A model generated the notes under the pieces. The model did not search any database. It saw nothing but the letters and a program-made list of their open reading frames with translations, and had not been told where the DNA came from. Source: Candidatus Omnitrophota bacterium (GTDB lineage: Bacteria > Omnitrophota > Gorgyraeia > Gygaellales > Profunditerraquicolaceae). From it: a DNA stretch of 52,445 nt. The position numbers and the translations under genes are program-made. Below are positions 1 to 8,499 of this stretch, in pieces; the stretch's first letter is position 1, and each line of letters starts with the position of its first letter. The stretch is taken from assembly GCA_018895075.1 (NCBI GenBank), contig JAHIOW010000042.1:1-52445 (forward strand), in the 5' to 3' direction.

Positions 1-129
1 GAATGCAAACACGCTGTCGCTTCACTTATCATCATTGACTCCAGCTTCTTACTATCAAAGAACAAAGAACTCGCTGTTGCCTTATACAACATCAAATCAG
101 AACGATTCAAAGAAAGGCTGAAAAACTAA
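1..129 (+). CDS. 3' fragment of a CDS running in from the left edge, possibly with a SWIM zinc finger
   Basis: Frame 1 is open to TAA at 127-129: ECKHAVASLIIIDSSFLLSKNKELAVALYNIKSERFKERLKN. CKH resembles the end of a SWIM CxC..CxH motif. The start is not visible. Confidence 0.45.
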   Translation, partial: ECKHAVASLIIIDSSFLLSKNKELAVALYNIKSERFKERLKN

Positions 130-157
130 CAAACTCCTGTTCTTCATGAAATAAAAA

Positions 158-230
158 TGGGCCGTGCAGGAATCGGACCTGCAACCCCTTGCTTAAGAGG
201 CAAGTGCTCTACCGATTGAGCTAACGGCCC
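158..230 (-). tRNA. tRNA-Lys(CTT)
   Basis: Cloverleaf: acceptor GGGCCGT/ACGGCCC, D stem GCTC/GAGC, anticodon arm CTTGC-CT-CTT-AA-GCAAG, T arm GCAGG-TCCGATT-CCTGC. No encoded CCA. Confidence 0.93.
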
Positions 231-266
231 CAATTTGCTAATGGCAAATTGCAAATTGCTGATGGT

Positions 267-295
267 ATTCTAACAAATAATCCAAAATTACGCAA
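267..295 (-). promoter_or_regulatory. sigma70-type promoter for tRNA-Lys
   Basis: Minus strand reads TTGCGT-N17-TAGAAT with a TGn extension, about 35 nt upstream of the tRNA 5' end. Confidence 0.55.
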
Positions 296-371
296 TAAGC
301 TATTCGCTATTTGCCAAAATGCGCCTGGCTGGAGTCGAACCAGCAACGCCTAGCTCCGAAGGCTAGCGCTC

Positions 372-411
372 CCTGCCTGCCCCAGCCTGCCGGCTGGCAG
401 GGGCAGGCAGG
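372..411. repeat. GC-rich palindromic element, CCTGCC..GGCAGG family
   Basis: CCTGCCTGCCCC...GGGGCAGGCAGG, 12-bp arms. Related 16-bp copy at 52305-52320. Confidence 0.8.
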
Positions 412-416
412 TATCC

Positions 417-446
417 TCCGCCGAAGGCGGATCCGCCTACGGCGGA
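417..446. repeat. Tandem pair of TCCGCC-N3-GGCGGA palindromes
   Basis: TCCGCCGAAGGCGGA followed by TCCGCCTACGGCGGA. The same 15-mer occurs at 10380-10394 and 52238-52252. Confidence 0.85.
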
Positions 447-467
447 AATTGAGCTATAATTATCAAA

Positions 468-723
468 TGCGCCTAGGTGGATTCGAACCACCAAAAGCCA
501 GTTCCGCCCCTCGCCTTAATTCAGGCGGATCCCGAGTAAATTGTTTATCGCGCTCGGCGAGAGTCGAACTCGCAACGCCTAGCTCCGAAGGCTAGCGCTC
601 TATCCATTGAGCTACGAGCGCAAAATAATTCGGGTTTAATTCTATCCACCAAGGCTCGGGATCGAGTCTAAAACTTTACGAGGGACTCGAAGACTGGTGC
701 CTTATCCGTTAGGCAATAGGCGC
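468..723 (-). tRNA. Interrupted tRNA-Arg (likely TCG): 5' half 723-690, 3' half 506-468, 183-nt insert in the anticodon
   Basis: Joined halves give acceptor GCGCCTA/TAGGCGC, D arm GCCT-AACGGATA-AGGC (A20), anticodon arm CCAGT-CTTCGGA-ACTGG, T arm GGTGG-TTCGAAT-CCACC and discriminator A. A CG dinucleotide is repeated at both junctions. Confidence 0.8.
549..621 (-). tRNA. tRNA-Arg(TCG), intact, nested inside the insert of the interrupted tRNA-Arg
   Basis: Acceptor GCGCTCG/CGAGCGC, D arm GCTC-AATGGATA-GAGC, anticodon arm CTAGC-CT-TCG-GA-GCTAG, T arm GCGAG-TTCGACT-CTCGC. Confidence 0.95.
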
Positions 724-726
724 AAT

Positions 727-1446
727 CTAAATTATCTGGCACTTATCGCCTAAAATCTCTTTGATCTTATTCAGTTTCTTATTATCCACGCAACTAATAT
801 TCTCCTCGGAGGTAACGCGCACAGGTGAATTCAGGTGTATCTTATCGGGATTCACCCTATCAATAACCGCCTTTAATCTCTTGATATGCCTTAAATCATC
901 GTTTAGCCCTCTTGCTAACATCACTTCCAGCCATATTTTACCGCGGAATTCTTTCCTGAGATTCACCAAGCCCTCAATAATATCTTCTATCTTTATCTGT
1001 GAGTGCGGACGGTCAACTTTCTCAAAACAATCTCCTGTTACAGCATCCAGAGAAGGAACGATTAAATCCGCATTGCCTATTTCCCGGCGTATTGCAGAAT
1101 CCGCTAATAAAGATGAATTTGTAATCACTGCTACAGGCAAGGAAGTCAGTCTTTTAATTTCTGTGATAAGTTGGCCTATCTTAATATTTAATGTGGGTTC
1201 ACCCGAACCGGACAGAGTGATATAGTTTATTTTTTTTGCCTCCGGGCTATTATTTTGCAACCAAAGCCTCAATTCATTCAAAATCTCTTCTATCGCGATA
1301 TACTCTTTTCTCTCTTTGGTCTTCTCTCTAGTCTTACCCAACTGGCAATAGACACAGTCAAAACTGCATGTCTTATGAGGGACCAGTGTAATCCCCAAGG
1401 ATAAACCCAATCTGCGTGAATTTAGGGGACCGTATATATATTTCAT
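727..1446 (-). CDS. Radical SAM protein
   Basis: CSFDCVYC (CxxxCxxC), SGSGEPTL, N-terminal YGP..SRRLGLSLG. ATG at 1446 preferred over the ORF-track start at 1470, which lies in a repeat. Confidence 0.88.
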   Translation of the reverse strand: MKYIYGPLNSRRLGLSLGITLVPHKTCSFDCVYCQLGKTREKTKERKEYIAIEEILNELRLWLQNNSPEAKKINYITLSGSGEPTLNIKIGQLITEIKRLTSLPVAVITNSSLLADSAIRREIGNADLIVPSLDAVTGDCFEKVDRPHSQIKIEDIIEGLVNLRKEFRGKIWLEVMLARGLNDDLRHIKRLKAVIDRVNPDKIHLNSPVRVTSEENISCVDNKKLNKIKEILGDKCQII

Positions 1447-1458
1447 CGCCTGATAAAA

Positions 1459-1511
1459 ACCCCCCAACACTTCCGCTTTTAGCCTTACGCTATATTGAAA
1501 GTAGTGGGGGT
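1459..1511. repeat. Imperfect inverted repeat (MITE-like or terminator-like hairpin)
   Basis: ACCCCCCAACACTTCC ... GAAAGTAGTGGGGGT in the lpxI-radical SAM spacer. Confidence 0.5.
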
Positions 1512-1527
1512 CAGTGATATCCTCACC

Positions 1528-2331
1528 TTATATCGCCACTATAGAAATACCCCTTTGATCCGCTAATTTGATGCTTTGTTCTTTGTCTATAAAAAGAGTC
1601 TTCTCTGCCTCAATCGCCAGACACCTGGCGCCTACCCTGATAAGATTCTTTACTGTATTTAGGCCTACTACGGGTATATCAAAACGTAAATCCTGCTTGG
1701 GTTTGCTTACCTTTACTATCGTTATACCTTCCCGCGCAATTCTACCGGCGCGCCGGATGAGATTATCAGTCCCTTCTAATGCCTCAACTGCCACTATCGC
1801 CTTTTTTTTGACGGCCACAGTCTGGCCGATATCCAGGTTTGCAACTGCCTTGGCCAGGTCTAATCCGAAATATATATCTTCCCATTCTTCGGCCCCGGGT
1901 TCTTTCTCTGTCAGCGTACCTTTCTTGACTAAAAGTTCCTCGATGAAAGTAGTAGAATTTAATAATTCCAAACCGGACTCTTTGAGTTTCTCTGCGATCA
2001 TCCCGAATATTGTATCTGCCTTTTTATCCCGTATATTTGCCAGCAGGCTTCTTAACTCCTGGTCCCTGTCTATCTCTTTATTAAATAGGCGCCAGGGAGT
2101 TATCTGGCCAGCCATGACTACTTTAGTTATGCCTTCGGCCTTAAATATTTCTAAACACCGGCGGAATTCACTCAGGCCTATCCAATAGATTTTATCTACG
2201 AATTTTTTTAATTTCCGGGATGTATCGCCTTTGATGGCTACGGCTACAATATAATAATTTCTTTTTTTTGCGGCCTGCGAAAATATAATAGGTAATTTTC
2301 TGTTTCCCGCAATTAAACCGATTCTTTCCAT
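1528..2331 (-). CDS. lpxI: UDP-2,3-diacylglucosamine diphosphatase LpxI
   Basis: IGLIAGN, DIGQTV, AVEALEGTD, KPKQDLRFDIPVVG; follows lpxA. Start at 2331 (MERIG) preferred. Confidence 0.92.
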   Translation of the reverse strand: MERIGLIAGNRKLPIIFSQAAKKRNYYIVAVAIKGDTSRKLKKFVDKIYWIGLSEFRRCLEIFKAEGITKVVMAGQITPWRLFNKEIDRDQELRSLLANIRDKKADTIFGMIAEKLKESGLELLNSTTFIEELLVKKGTLTEKEPGAEEWEDIYFGLDLAKAVANLDIGQTVAVKKKAIVAVEALEGTDNLIRRAGRIAREGITIVKVSKPKQDLRFDIPVVGLNTVKNLIRVGARCLAIEAEKTLFIDKEQSIKLADQRGISIVAI

Positions 2332-2338
2332 AGGATTG

Positions 2339-3166
2339 TTATCTGTAGATATCATCTGCGGATTGCTCTAGGGTAATCCGCTTAGAACGACAGGAATGAA
2401 CTACGCCCCTTTGAGAGTTTTTTATAAAGTTGATCAGGCATAAAACTTCCTCGACAGGCTTTATTATCTCTTTCTCTAATTTTTCTAAGGCGTGTTTGGT
2501 AGAAAGGCCTGAGTTAAATAATACCTTAAATGCCTGCTTAAGCTGATTTATTGACTCTCGGGGGATACTATTACGCCTTAAACCTATAAGGTTCAGGCCG
2601 TAACAAACAGCGGGGTGGCCATCGCAGGTTGAATAGGGAGGGATATCTTGAATAACCTTAGAACAACCACCGATAATAGAAAACCTGCCTACTCTCGCAA
2701 ATTGATGTATCGCCGCAAACCCTCCTACAACTGCTCTATCCTCAATGGTTACATGTCCGGCCAGGGTGCCATTATTAGCAATAATACAATCATCGCCTAC
2801 TATACAATCATGGGCGATGTGGGCATAGGCCATGAAAAGATTATTGTTGCCCACAACAGTCCTGCCATTTTCTCCTGTGCCGGGATTAAACGTACAGTAT
2901 TCACGGATGATATTATGATTACCTATCTCTAAGAAACTCTTTTCGCCCTTATATTTTAAATCCTGCGGCGGGCTTCCCAGGACTGCGCCGGTAAAAATCT
3001 GGCAATCTTTACCGATACTGGTGTTGCCTTCTATTACGCAATAAGCGCCGAGCCTGGTGCCTGAACCTATGACAACATTATTTCCGATAATAGTATAGGG
3101 CCCGATTTGGACACCTTTAGCTAATTTTGCTCCTTTAGAGACTATGGCTGTGGAATCTATCTGCAT
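2339..3166 (-). CDS. lpxA: UDP-N-acetylglucosamine acyltransferase
   Basis: Hexapeptide repeats, PQDLKY, AHIAHDC, HQFARVG, GLNLIGLRR. Confidence 0.96.
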   Translation of the reverse strand: MQIDSTAIVSKGAKLAKGVQIGPYTIIGNNVVIGSGTRLGAYCVIEGNTSIGKDCQIFTGAVLGSPPQDLKYKGEKSFLEIGNHNIIREYCTFNPGTGENGRTVVGNNNLFMAYAHIAHDCIVGDDCIIANNGTLAGHVTIEDRAVVGGFAAIHQFARVGRFSIIGGCSKVIQDIPPYSTCDGHPAVCYGLNLIGLRRNSIPRESINQLKQAFKVLFNSGLSTKHALEKLEKEIIKPVEEVLCLINFIKNSQRGVVHSCRSKRITLEQSADDIYR

Positions 3167-3174
3167 ATCTTAAT

Positions 3175-4491
3175 CTATCCTTCAACCAAGGCAAACATCA
3201 TATCTGCCTCTGAAACTACCTTACCATCCACTAATGCCTTACCGTGTACCCGGCCTGTCTTGGATTTTATCTTATCTGCTTCTACGCGCAAGAGAAGCTG
3301 GTCACCCGGGACTACCGTCTTTCTAAATTTTATATTGTCCGCGGCAAGAAAATAGGCCAGTTTTCCCCGGTTCTCTTCCGGAGAAAGCATCATTACCCCG
3401 CCTACCTGCGCCATGGCCTCAATAATCAAAACCCCTGGCATAACCGGTTTTCCCGGAAAATGCCCTTTAAAGAAATACTCATCTTTAGTGACATTCTTTA
3501 TACCCACAGCATATTTGCCCTGCTTTAAAGATATAATCTTATCCACGAAGAGAAAAGGCGGGCGGTGAGGCAGTATCTTCATAATTGCCTCCCGGTCTAA
3601 TTCCCCTTCCTCGCCCGGATGATAACCTATACCCACGCCACCTAAAGAATATCTTTGTCTTTGCTGGTCTATCTTTTTTAAGAGTTTCAGGTTTAAGGCG
3701 TGTCCGCTTCTTAAGGCAATGATATGGCTCCTTATGGGTTGGCCGAGAAGAAACAAGTCTCCCACTAAATCCAGTATCTTATGCCGGATGAATTCGTTTT
3801 CATAACGCAATTTATTCTTGATGATGCCGCTTTTACCTACGACTATTGTATTATCATAAGTTGCCCCGCCGCCCAAACCCTGTTCTCGCAATCTGGATGC
3901 CTCATCTTCAAGGCAAAATGTACGCGCAGAGGCAAGTTCATCCTTAAATATATTGCCATTTAAATTTATCTCCATAAATTCTATCTTCAGCAAGGGGTGG
4001 TTATAATTTAAGATGTAGGAGATTTTAAAATCCTGAGAGGGTATGGCTACGATAGAAGCGTCGTCCTCTTCTACAAAGATAGGCTCTTTGAGGAAATAAT
4101 ATTGGCGCGGTTTTTCCTGCTCTACAACGCCTGCCTGAGATAAAATCTCCAAGAACTCCCGGCTACTTCCGTCCATGCCCGGTATTTCGTTATTATCAAT
4201 TTCAATTAAGATATTATCTATATCCAGGCCCGATAATGCCGCCATAAGATGCTCAATGGTATGTATCTGGATGTTATCCTTGCCCAGGGAGGTACGGCGC
4301 ATACTGGAGCCTTGAGGAAGTAAATATTCAATTGAGGCCTTAATCAGGGGAGTGGAAGCTAAATCTGTGCGCAGGAAGTTGATGCCGCTATCTACCTTAG
4401 CCGGCCTAAAGGTTATATTTACCTTATGTGCGGTGTGTATCCCCACGCCATTGATGCTGACTTCTTTTGCGATTGTCTTTTGTCTATCCAT
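3175..4491 (-). CDS. lpxC/fabZ: Bifunctional LpxC deacetylase / FabZ dehydratase fusion
   Basis: N-terminal [23 protein letters not shown] (LpxC); C-terminal [31 protein letters not shown] (FabZ). Confidence 0.95.
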   Translation of the reverse strand: MDRQKTIAKEVSINGVGIHTAHKVNITFRPAKVDSGINFLRTDLASTPLIKASIEYLLPQGSSMRRTSLGKDNIQIHTIEHLMAALSGLDIDNILIEIDNNEIPGMDGSSREFLEILSQAGVVEQEKPRQYYFLKEPIFVEEDDASIVAIPSQDFKISYILNYNHPLLKIEFMEINLNGNIFKDELASARTFCLEDEASRLREQGLGGGATYDNTIVVGKSGIIKNKLRYENEFIRHKILDLVGDLFLLGQPIRSHIIALRSGHALNLKLLKKIDQQRQRYSLGGVGIGYHPGEEGELDREAIMKILPHRPPFLFVDKIISLKQGKYAVGIKNVTKDEYFFKGHFPGKPVMPGVLIIEAMAQVGGVMMLSPEENRGKLAYFLAADNIKFRKTVVPGDQLLLRVEADKIKSKTGRVHGKALVDGKVVSEADMMFALVEG

Positions 4492-5542
4492 TACGCCGCG
4501 GATTTTCGCTGATTTTTATCTGTGCTTCTAACTGTTCTATCTTCTTTTTTAACTGCGCTATGGTATTATATAATCTAGGTAAATTATGCACACAGGCATT
4601 TATGCGTTTGGCTGTATCATGGGGTTTTGCCGGATATCCCCAGACCGTAGTCCCCGCGGGAATAGACTTACTTACCCCCGACTGGGCCATGACCACAGAA
4701 TTATCGCCGATATTGATATGCCCCACCACCCCTGCCTGGCCAGCTAAAATCACATTATTGCCCAAGGTGGTACTGCCGGAGATACCTGCCTGGGAAACGA
4801 TAAAACAATTCTCTCCTATAACTACATTGTGGGCAATCTGAACAAGATTATCTATTTTTGTGCCCCTTCCGATAACCGTTTTATCAAACCTTGCCCGGTC
4901 AATAGTAACATTAGAGCCTATCTCTACATCGTCTTCAATAACCACTGTCCCTATCTGCGGCACGCGATGATGGGTGCCGTCTACGGTCACAAAACCAAAA
5001 CCGTCTGAACCCACTACGCTACCGCTATGTATTACCACCCGGTTGCCAATAGTTATACGTTCGCGGATAGAGGCATTAGGATAAATCACGGTATTATTTC
5101 CTATCTTGGTATCATAACCCACGTAACAGCCGCTATAGATTATGCTTTTCTCTCCTATGGAAACATTATCACCTATGAATGCATAAGCGCCGATGGCCAC
5201 GCCATTTCCCAAAGACACCTTCTCGCCTAACACTGCAGTGGGGTGTATTCCTTGAGGATGCCTGCTCTCAGTAGGATTAACCAGAGACACTATCTTCACA
5301 AATGCCAAGGAGGGATTCTCTGTGCGGATGATGGGTTTGGGCGCGGTTTTTATCTCCTGCGGAGTAACAATTGCTGAGGCGCGTGTCTTTTCTATAAAAG
5401 GAAAATATTTGGGATTAGCCACAAAGGTAATGTCGCCTTCAACCGCCTCTTTTATCCCTGAGACGCCCCTAATAACAACCTGATCATCTCCTACTACCTG
5501 GCCGTTGATGAGTTCGGCTATTTCTCTTAAGGTCTTCTGCAT
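4484..5542 (-). CDS. lpxD: UDP-3-O-acylglucosamine N-acyltransferase
   Basis: [24 protein letters not shown], hexapeptide repeats. Confidence 0.96.
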   Translation of the reverse strand: MQKTLREIAELINGQVVGDDQVVIRGVSGIKEAVEGDITFVANPKYFPFIEKTRASAIVTPQEIKTAPKPIIRTENPSLAFVKIVSLVNPTESRHPQGIHPTAVLGEKVSLGNGVAIGAYAFIGDNVSIGEKSIIYSGCYVGYDTKIGNNTVIYPNASIRERITIGNRVVIHSGSVVGSDGFGFVTVDGTHHRVPQIGTVVIEDDVEIGSNVTIDRARFDKTVIGRGTKIDNLVQIAHNVVIGENCFIVSQAGISGSTTLGNNVILAGQAGVVGHINIGDNSVVMAQSGVSKSIPAGTTVWGYPAKPHDTAKRINACVHNLPRLYNTIAQLKKKIEQLEAQIKISENPRRNG

Positions 5543-5550
5543 CTCTATAT

Positions 5551-6057
5551 TTATTCCTTATATGACTTATTCAAAATCTTAATAACCTCACCTGAAATAT
5601 CCATCTTTTTTGCCTGATAGACTAATACGCGGTCATTGAATACCAGGGTGTAACCTTCTTTTTCTGCATATTGCTTCACCGCCTCTTCAATATCCTTTAA
5701 TAATTCCTTCATCTTTTCATCTTGTTCTTTGCGCAGGTCAGTCTGTACCTGCCGGTCAAAATCCTGCAATTCCTTAATCTTCGTTTCTAGTTCGGGTTTT
5801 TTTTCTTCTTTTTGTTTATCCTGCAATAAATTCATCTTGTCTTGAAACTGTTTGACCTCATTTACCTTTTTATCCCTCTGTGTACTATAGGTGCCTTCTT
5901 TACTGGCTAAAGCTTTGTCATAGTCTTTTGTCTTGGTGTATTCATTAAAAATTCGGCTTAAATCTACAAATGCTAATTTCTCAGCCGCCAGGCTTAAGCT
6001 TGCCAACATACTGAAAACAAAAACTATTACTCCCAAACTTATAACTGCTTTCCTCAT
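5551..6057 (-). CDS. skp: OmpH/Skp periplasmic chaperone
   Basis: Signal peptide, KLAFVD, coiled coil, GYTLVF..DIS; lies between bamA and lpxD. Confidence 0.88.
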   Translation of the reverse strand: MRKAVISLGVIVFVFSMLASLSLAAEKLAFVDLSRIFNEYTKTKDYDKALASKEGTYSTQRDKKVNEVKQFQDKMNLLQDKQKEEKKPELETKIKELQDFDRQVQTDLRKEQDEKMKELLKDIEEAVKQYAEKEGYTLVFNDRVLVYQAKKMDISGEVIKILNKSYKE

Positions 6058-6084
6058 TTAACCCCTTCCTTTCTTTGGACTAGA

Positions 6085-8478
6085 TTAGAACCCGTGCCTG
6101 ATGCTAAAATGGAATTTACCGCTGCCTCTTTCGTCCTCTCCGGGTTCCTTATTTAAAGGTATGCCGTAATCAAGCATCACCGGGCCGATAGGCGACTTAA
6201 TCCTTACGCCCAGGCCAACCCCTGATTTTAAACCGCCTGAACCAAAATCATCTAATTGAGGCCAGGCATTTCCTATATCGTAGAAGGCAGCCACTTTAAT
6301 AAAATTTAATAAAGGATAAGTATATTCTGCATTGCCAATTAACATGGATTCTCCTCCCAGCGGGTCTTCGGACACAGCATCTATAGGGCCTATCTTTCTT
6401 TCGTCATAACCCCTTACCGTGTAAGCGCCCCCCACAAAGAACCTCTCGTATATGGGTATACTGTCAGAATCACCATAGGCATCCGCAAGCCCTATGCGGG
6501 CTCTTAATTCCAGGTTAGAGCCTCTCAACATAGGAAAATAATGCGAAGCCCGGCCAAAAAACTTTAAGAAATCTTTATCTCCTGTCAATGGCCCGCCTGC
6601 GCATTCTAAAGAGCCGCTGAATATATCGCCTTTAGAGGGGTCGAATATATTATCGCGGCTGTCATAGGTAACGCCCAACTCCATACTGCTGATGTTGTTC
6701 TTGCCATATTCATTCTTTAATGCAGACGTGGCATCCTCTGTTATATTTGTAATCTCTATGCTATCGTAACGATAGATTAAATTCCCGCGTAAATATTCGG
6801 ATAATTCTTTACCCAGCCGCAAATCTCCTCCGGTTATCTCCTCGTCGTAACCATAACCTATATCCGATTCTCTTTTATGTTCTCGCTTATAGGCATCAAA
6901 GCCAAAGGATACAGGATAATCAAAAACCCAAGGTTCAGTAAAGCTCAAATCAAAACCCTGGCCCAGAGTCCCCATTGACGCCCGCAACTTCAATTCCTGG
7001 CCATCCCCGGTAAAATATGGAAAATTCTTCCAGTCAAAATTCTTCTGCTCAATCTCCACAAATCCCACAAATTCATCTACGCTTGAGTAACCGCCGCCAA
7101 AGCTAAAAGCTCCAGTCTTGGCCTCTTTTACATCTACAACCAAATCTTTTCTATCCGGTGTTTCTGTATCTTCAGTATCATAACTTATCTCCTGGAAGTA
7201 CCCTAAGTTTTGCAGCCTCTCTTTGCTACGCCTTAGTTTTTCACCGTCAAATCTCTCCCCGGGCTTTATCCTTAACTCCCTGCGTATGACTACATCTTTG
7301 GTCTTTACGTTACCCCTGATCTTAATCTTATCTACATAGGCAATTTTATTCTCTATTATTTTATAGACGATATCGATACGGCCGGTATAAGGATTTAAGG
7401 AAATAGCTTCCTGTATCTGGACAAATATATAGCCCCGGTCAAAATATAGGCCCTGCATATTGACGATATCCCTCTTTAACGCCTCCTGGCTGAAGACCCG
7501 GCCGGGAATACACTCTTTTAATTGTCTCAGGATGGTATCTCTGGTAATATCTTTATTCCCCTGTATCGTTACATTACCGACCAGATACTTCTTACCTTCC
7601 TGGACCTTGATAGTGATATATAAAAGTTGTTTCTGGCCATAACTTTTTATTTCGTAATCAACTCCAACATCCGCAAAGCCCTCCCTATGATAGAAAGACT
7701 CCAAACGCTGGATATCCTCTTTTAATACTTCTTCCTTTAAAATGCCGGCATTAAAAGTCCAGGCCCTTTTTGTTTTCATTAATCTTAATATGCGCCTGTC
7801 AGGGTAATGCATATTACCTTCTACATAAATGTTCTTAATCCTTATCCTCCTGCCTTCTATAATCTTAAAGCGTATCCCTGCCTTATCATTCTCTTTGTCA
7901 ATGTCTACCTGGTATTCTATCTTAGCCCCGCTATAACCTATCTTTTCATATAATTTTTTAAGGGTCTTGACATCTTCGGCTAAATTAGGATAATCCAAAT
8001 ATTGCGTCTCTTTTGATTTCAGGGACTCTTTAAGTTTGTCTTCTTTGATAGTCAGGCGCCTGATCCCGGAAAAAGTAATCTTATCAATTATGGGCCGTTC
8101 TACGACTGTAATAATTATCTTTAGGCCTCTTTTGTAGTCTTGGGTATCAATCTTGATATCGCTAAAGAACCCTAAAAGATAAAGCCGCCTTAAATCGTCG
8201 CTGACGATATTCTCCTGGTACAGGCTGCCTACCCTAATCTTCATCTTAGATATAACGGTGTTGCTGCTTATATGTTTATTGCCTTTTACTTCTATAGCAG
8301 TAACTAACTTAGAGGCAACTCCTTGTTCCAGCTCAGATACAAAATCTCCTGTTTCTTGGCCAGGCGCATCCTGTTGCTGGGTAGGCTGGCCTTCCTGAGA
8401 TTGACCCTGTACAATAACAGGCGATTTAGTGGCTAATAATAAAAAAAGTAACCCGCATATAAAAATTTTTCTTTTCAT
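6085..8478 (-). CDS. bamA: Outer membrane protein assembly factor BamA
   Basis: POTRA repeats (GN..TKDVVIRRE), VRGY motif, SPIGPVMLDYG, C-terminal Phe. Confidence 0.95.
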   Translation of the reverse strand: MKRKIFICGLLFLLLATKSPVIVQGQSQEGQPTQQQDAPGQETGDFVSELEQGVASKLVTAIEVKGNKHISSNTVISKMKIRVGSLYQENIVSDDLRRLYLLGFFSDIKIDTQDYKRGLKIIITVVERPIIDKITFSGIRRLTIKEDKLKESLKSKETQYLDYPNLAEDVKTLKKLYEKIGYSGAKIEYQVDIDKENDKAGIRFKIIEGRRIRIKNIYVEGNMHYPDRRILRLMKTKRAWTFNAGILKEEVLKEDIQRLESFYHREGFADVGVDYEIKSYGQKQLLYITIKVQEGKKYLVGNVTIQGNKDITRDTILRQLKECIPGRVFSQEALKRDIVNMQGLYFDRGYIFVQIQEAISLNPYTGRIDIVYKIIENKIAYVDKIKIRGNVKTKDVVIRRELRIKPGERFDGEKLRRSKERLQNLGYFQEISYDTEDTETPDRKDLVVDVKEAKTGAFSFGGGYSSVDEFVGFVEIEQKNFDWKNFPYFTGDGQELKLRASMGTLGQGFDLSFTEPWVFDYPVSFGFDAYKREHKRESDIGYGYDEEITGGDLRLGKELSEYLRGNLIYRYDSIEITNITEDATSALKNEYGKNNISSMELGVTYDSRDNIFDPSKGDIFSGSLECAGGPLTGDKDFLKFFGRASHYFPMLRGSNLELRARIGLADAYGDSDSIPIYERFFVGGAYTVRGYDERKIGPIDAVSEDPLGGESMLIGNAEYTYPLLNFIKVAAFYDIGNAWPQLDDFGSGGLKSGVGLGVRIKSPIGPVMLDYGIPLNKEPGEDERGSGKFHFSIRHGF

Positions 8479-8499
8479 TTTTTTAATAATAATTTAGCG

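Larger units (their letters stand above)
320..456 (-). pseudogene. tRNA-Arg(TCG) relic with two palindromic insertions in the D-loop and no 5' acceptor strand
   Basis: Anticodon arm CTAGC-CT-TCG-GA-GCTAG, T arm GCTGG-TTCGACT-CCAGC, 3' acceptor CAGGCGC-A. Inserts at 372-411 and 417-446. The expected 5' GCGCCTG is absent (AT-rich sequence instead). Confidence 0.8.

Noticed and set aside
311-595. 94-aa plus-strand ORF (MPKCAWLESNQQR...)
   Set aside because: It is the antisense reading of the tRNA-Arg sequences and palindromes, not a credible protein.
507-689. Canonical group I intron or archaeal bulge-helix-bulge intron as the explanation for the tRNA insert
   Set aside because: Only about 110 nt lie outside the nested tRNA, I found no U-G P1 pair or P7 core, and no 3-4-3 bulge-helix-bulge register fits by eye. 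A covariance-model search is needed to exclude it formally.
1518-1533. ATATAAGGTGAGGA after lpxI, resembling the end of the ~157-bp element
   Set aside because: Similarity is limited to about 13 nt and is equally explained by a Shine-Dalgarno-like sequence; the internal hairpins are absent.
3175-4491. LpxC-FabZ fusion as a novelty
   Set aside because: This fusion is already well known, for example in Bacteroidota.
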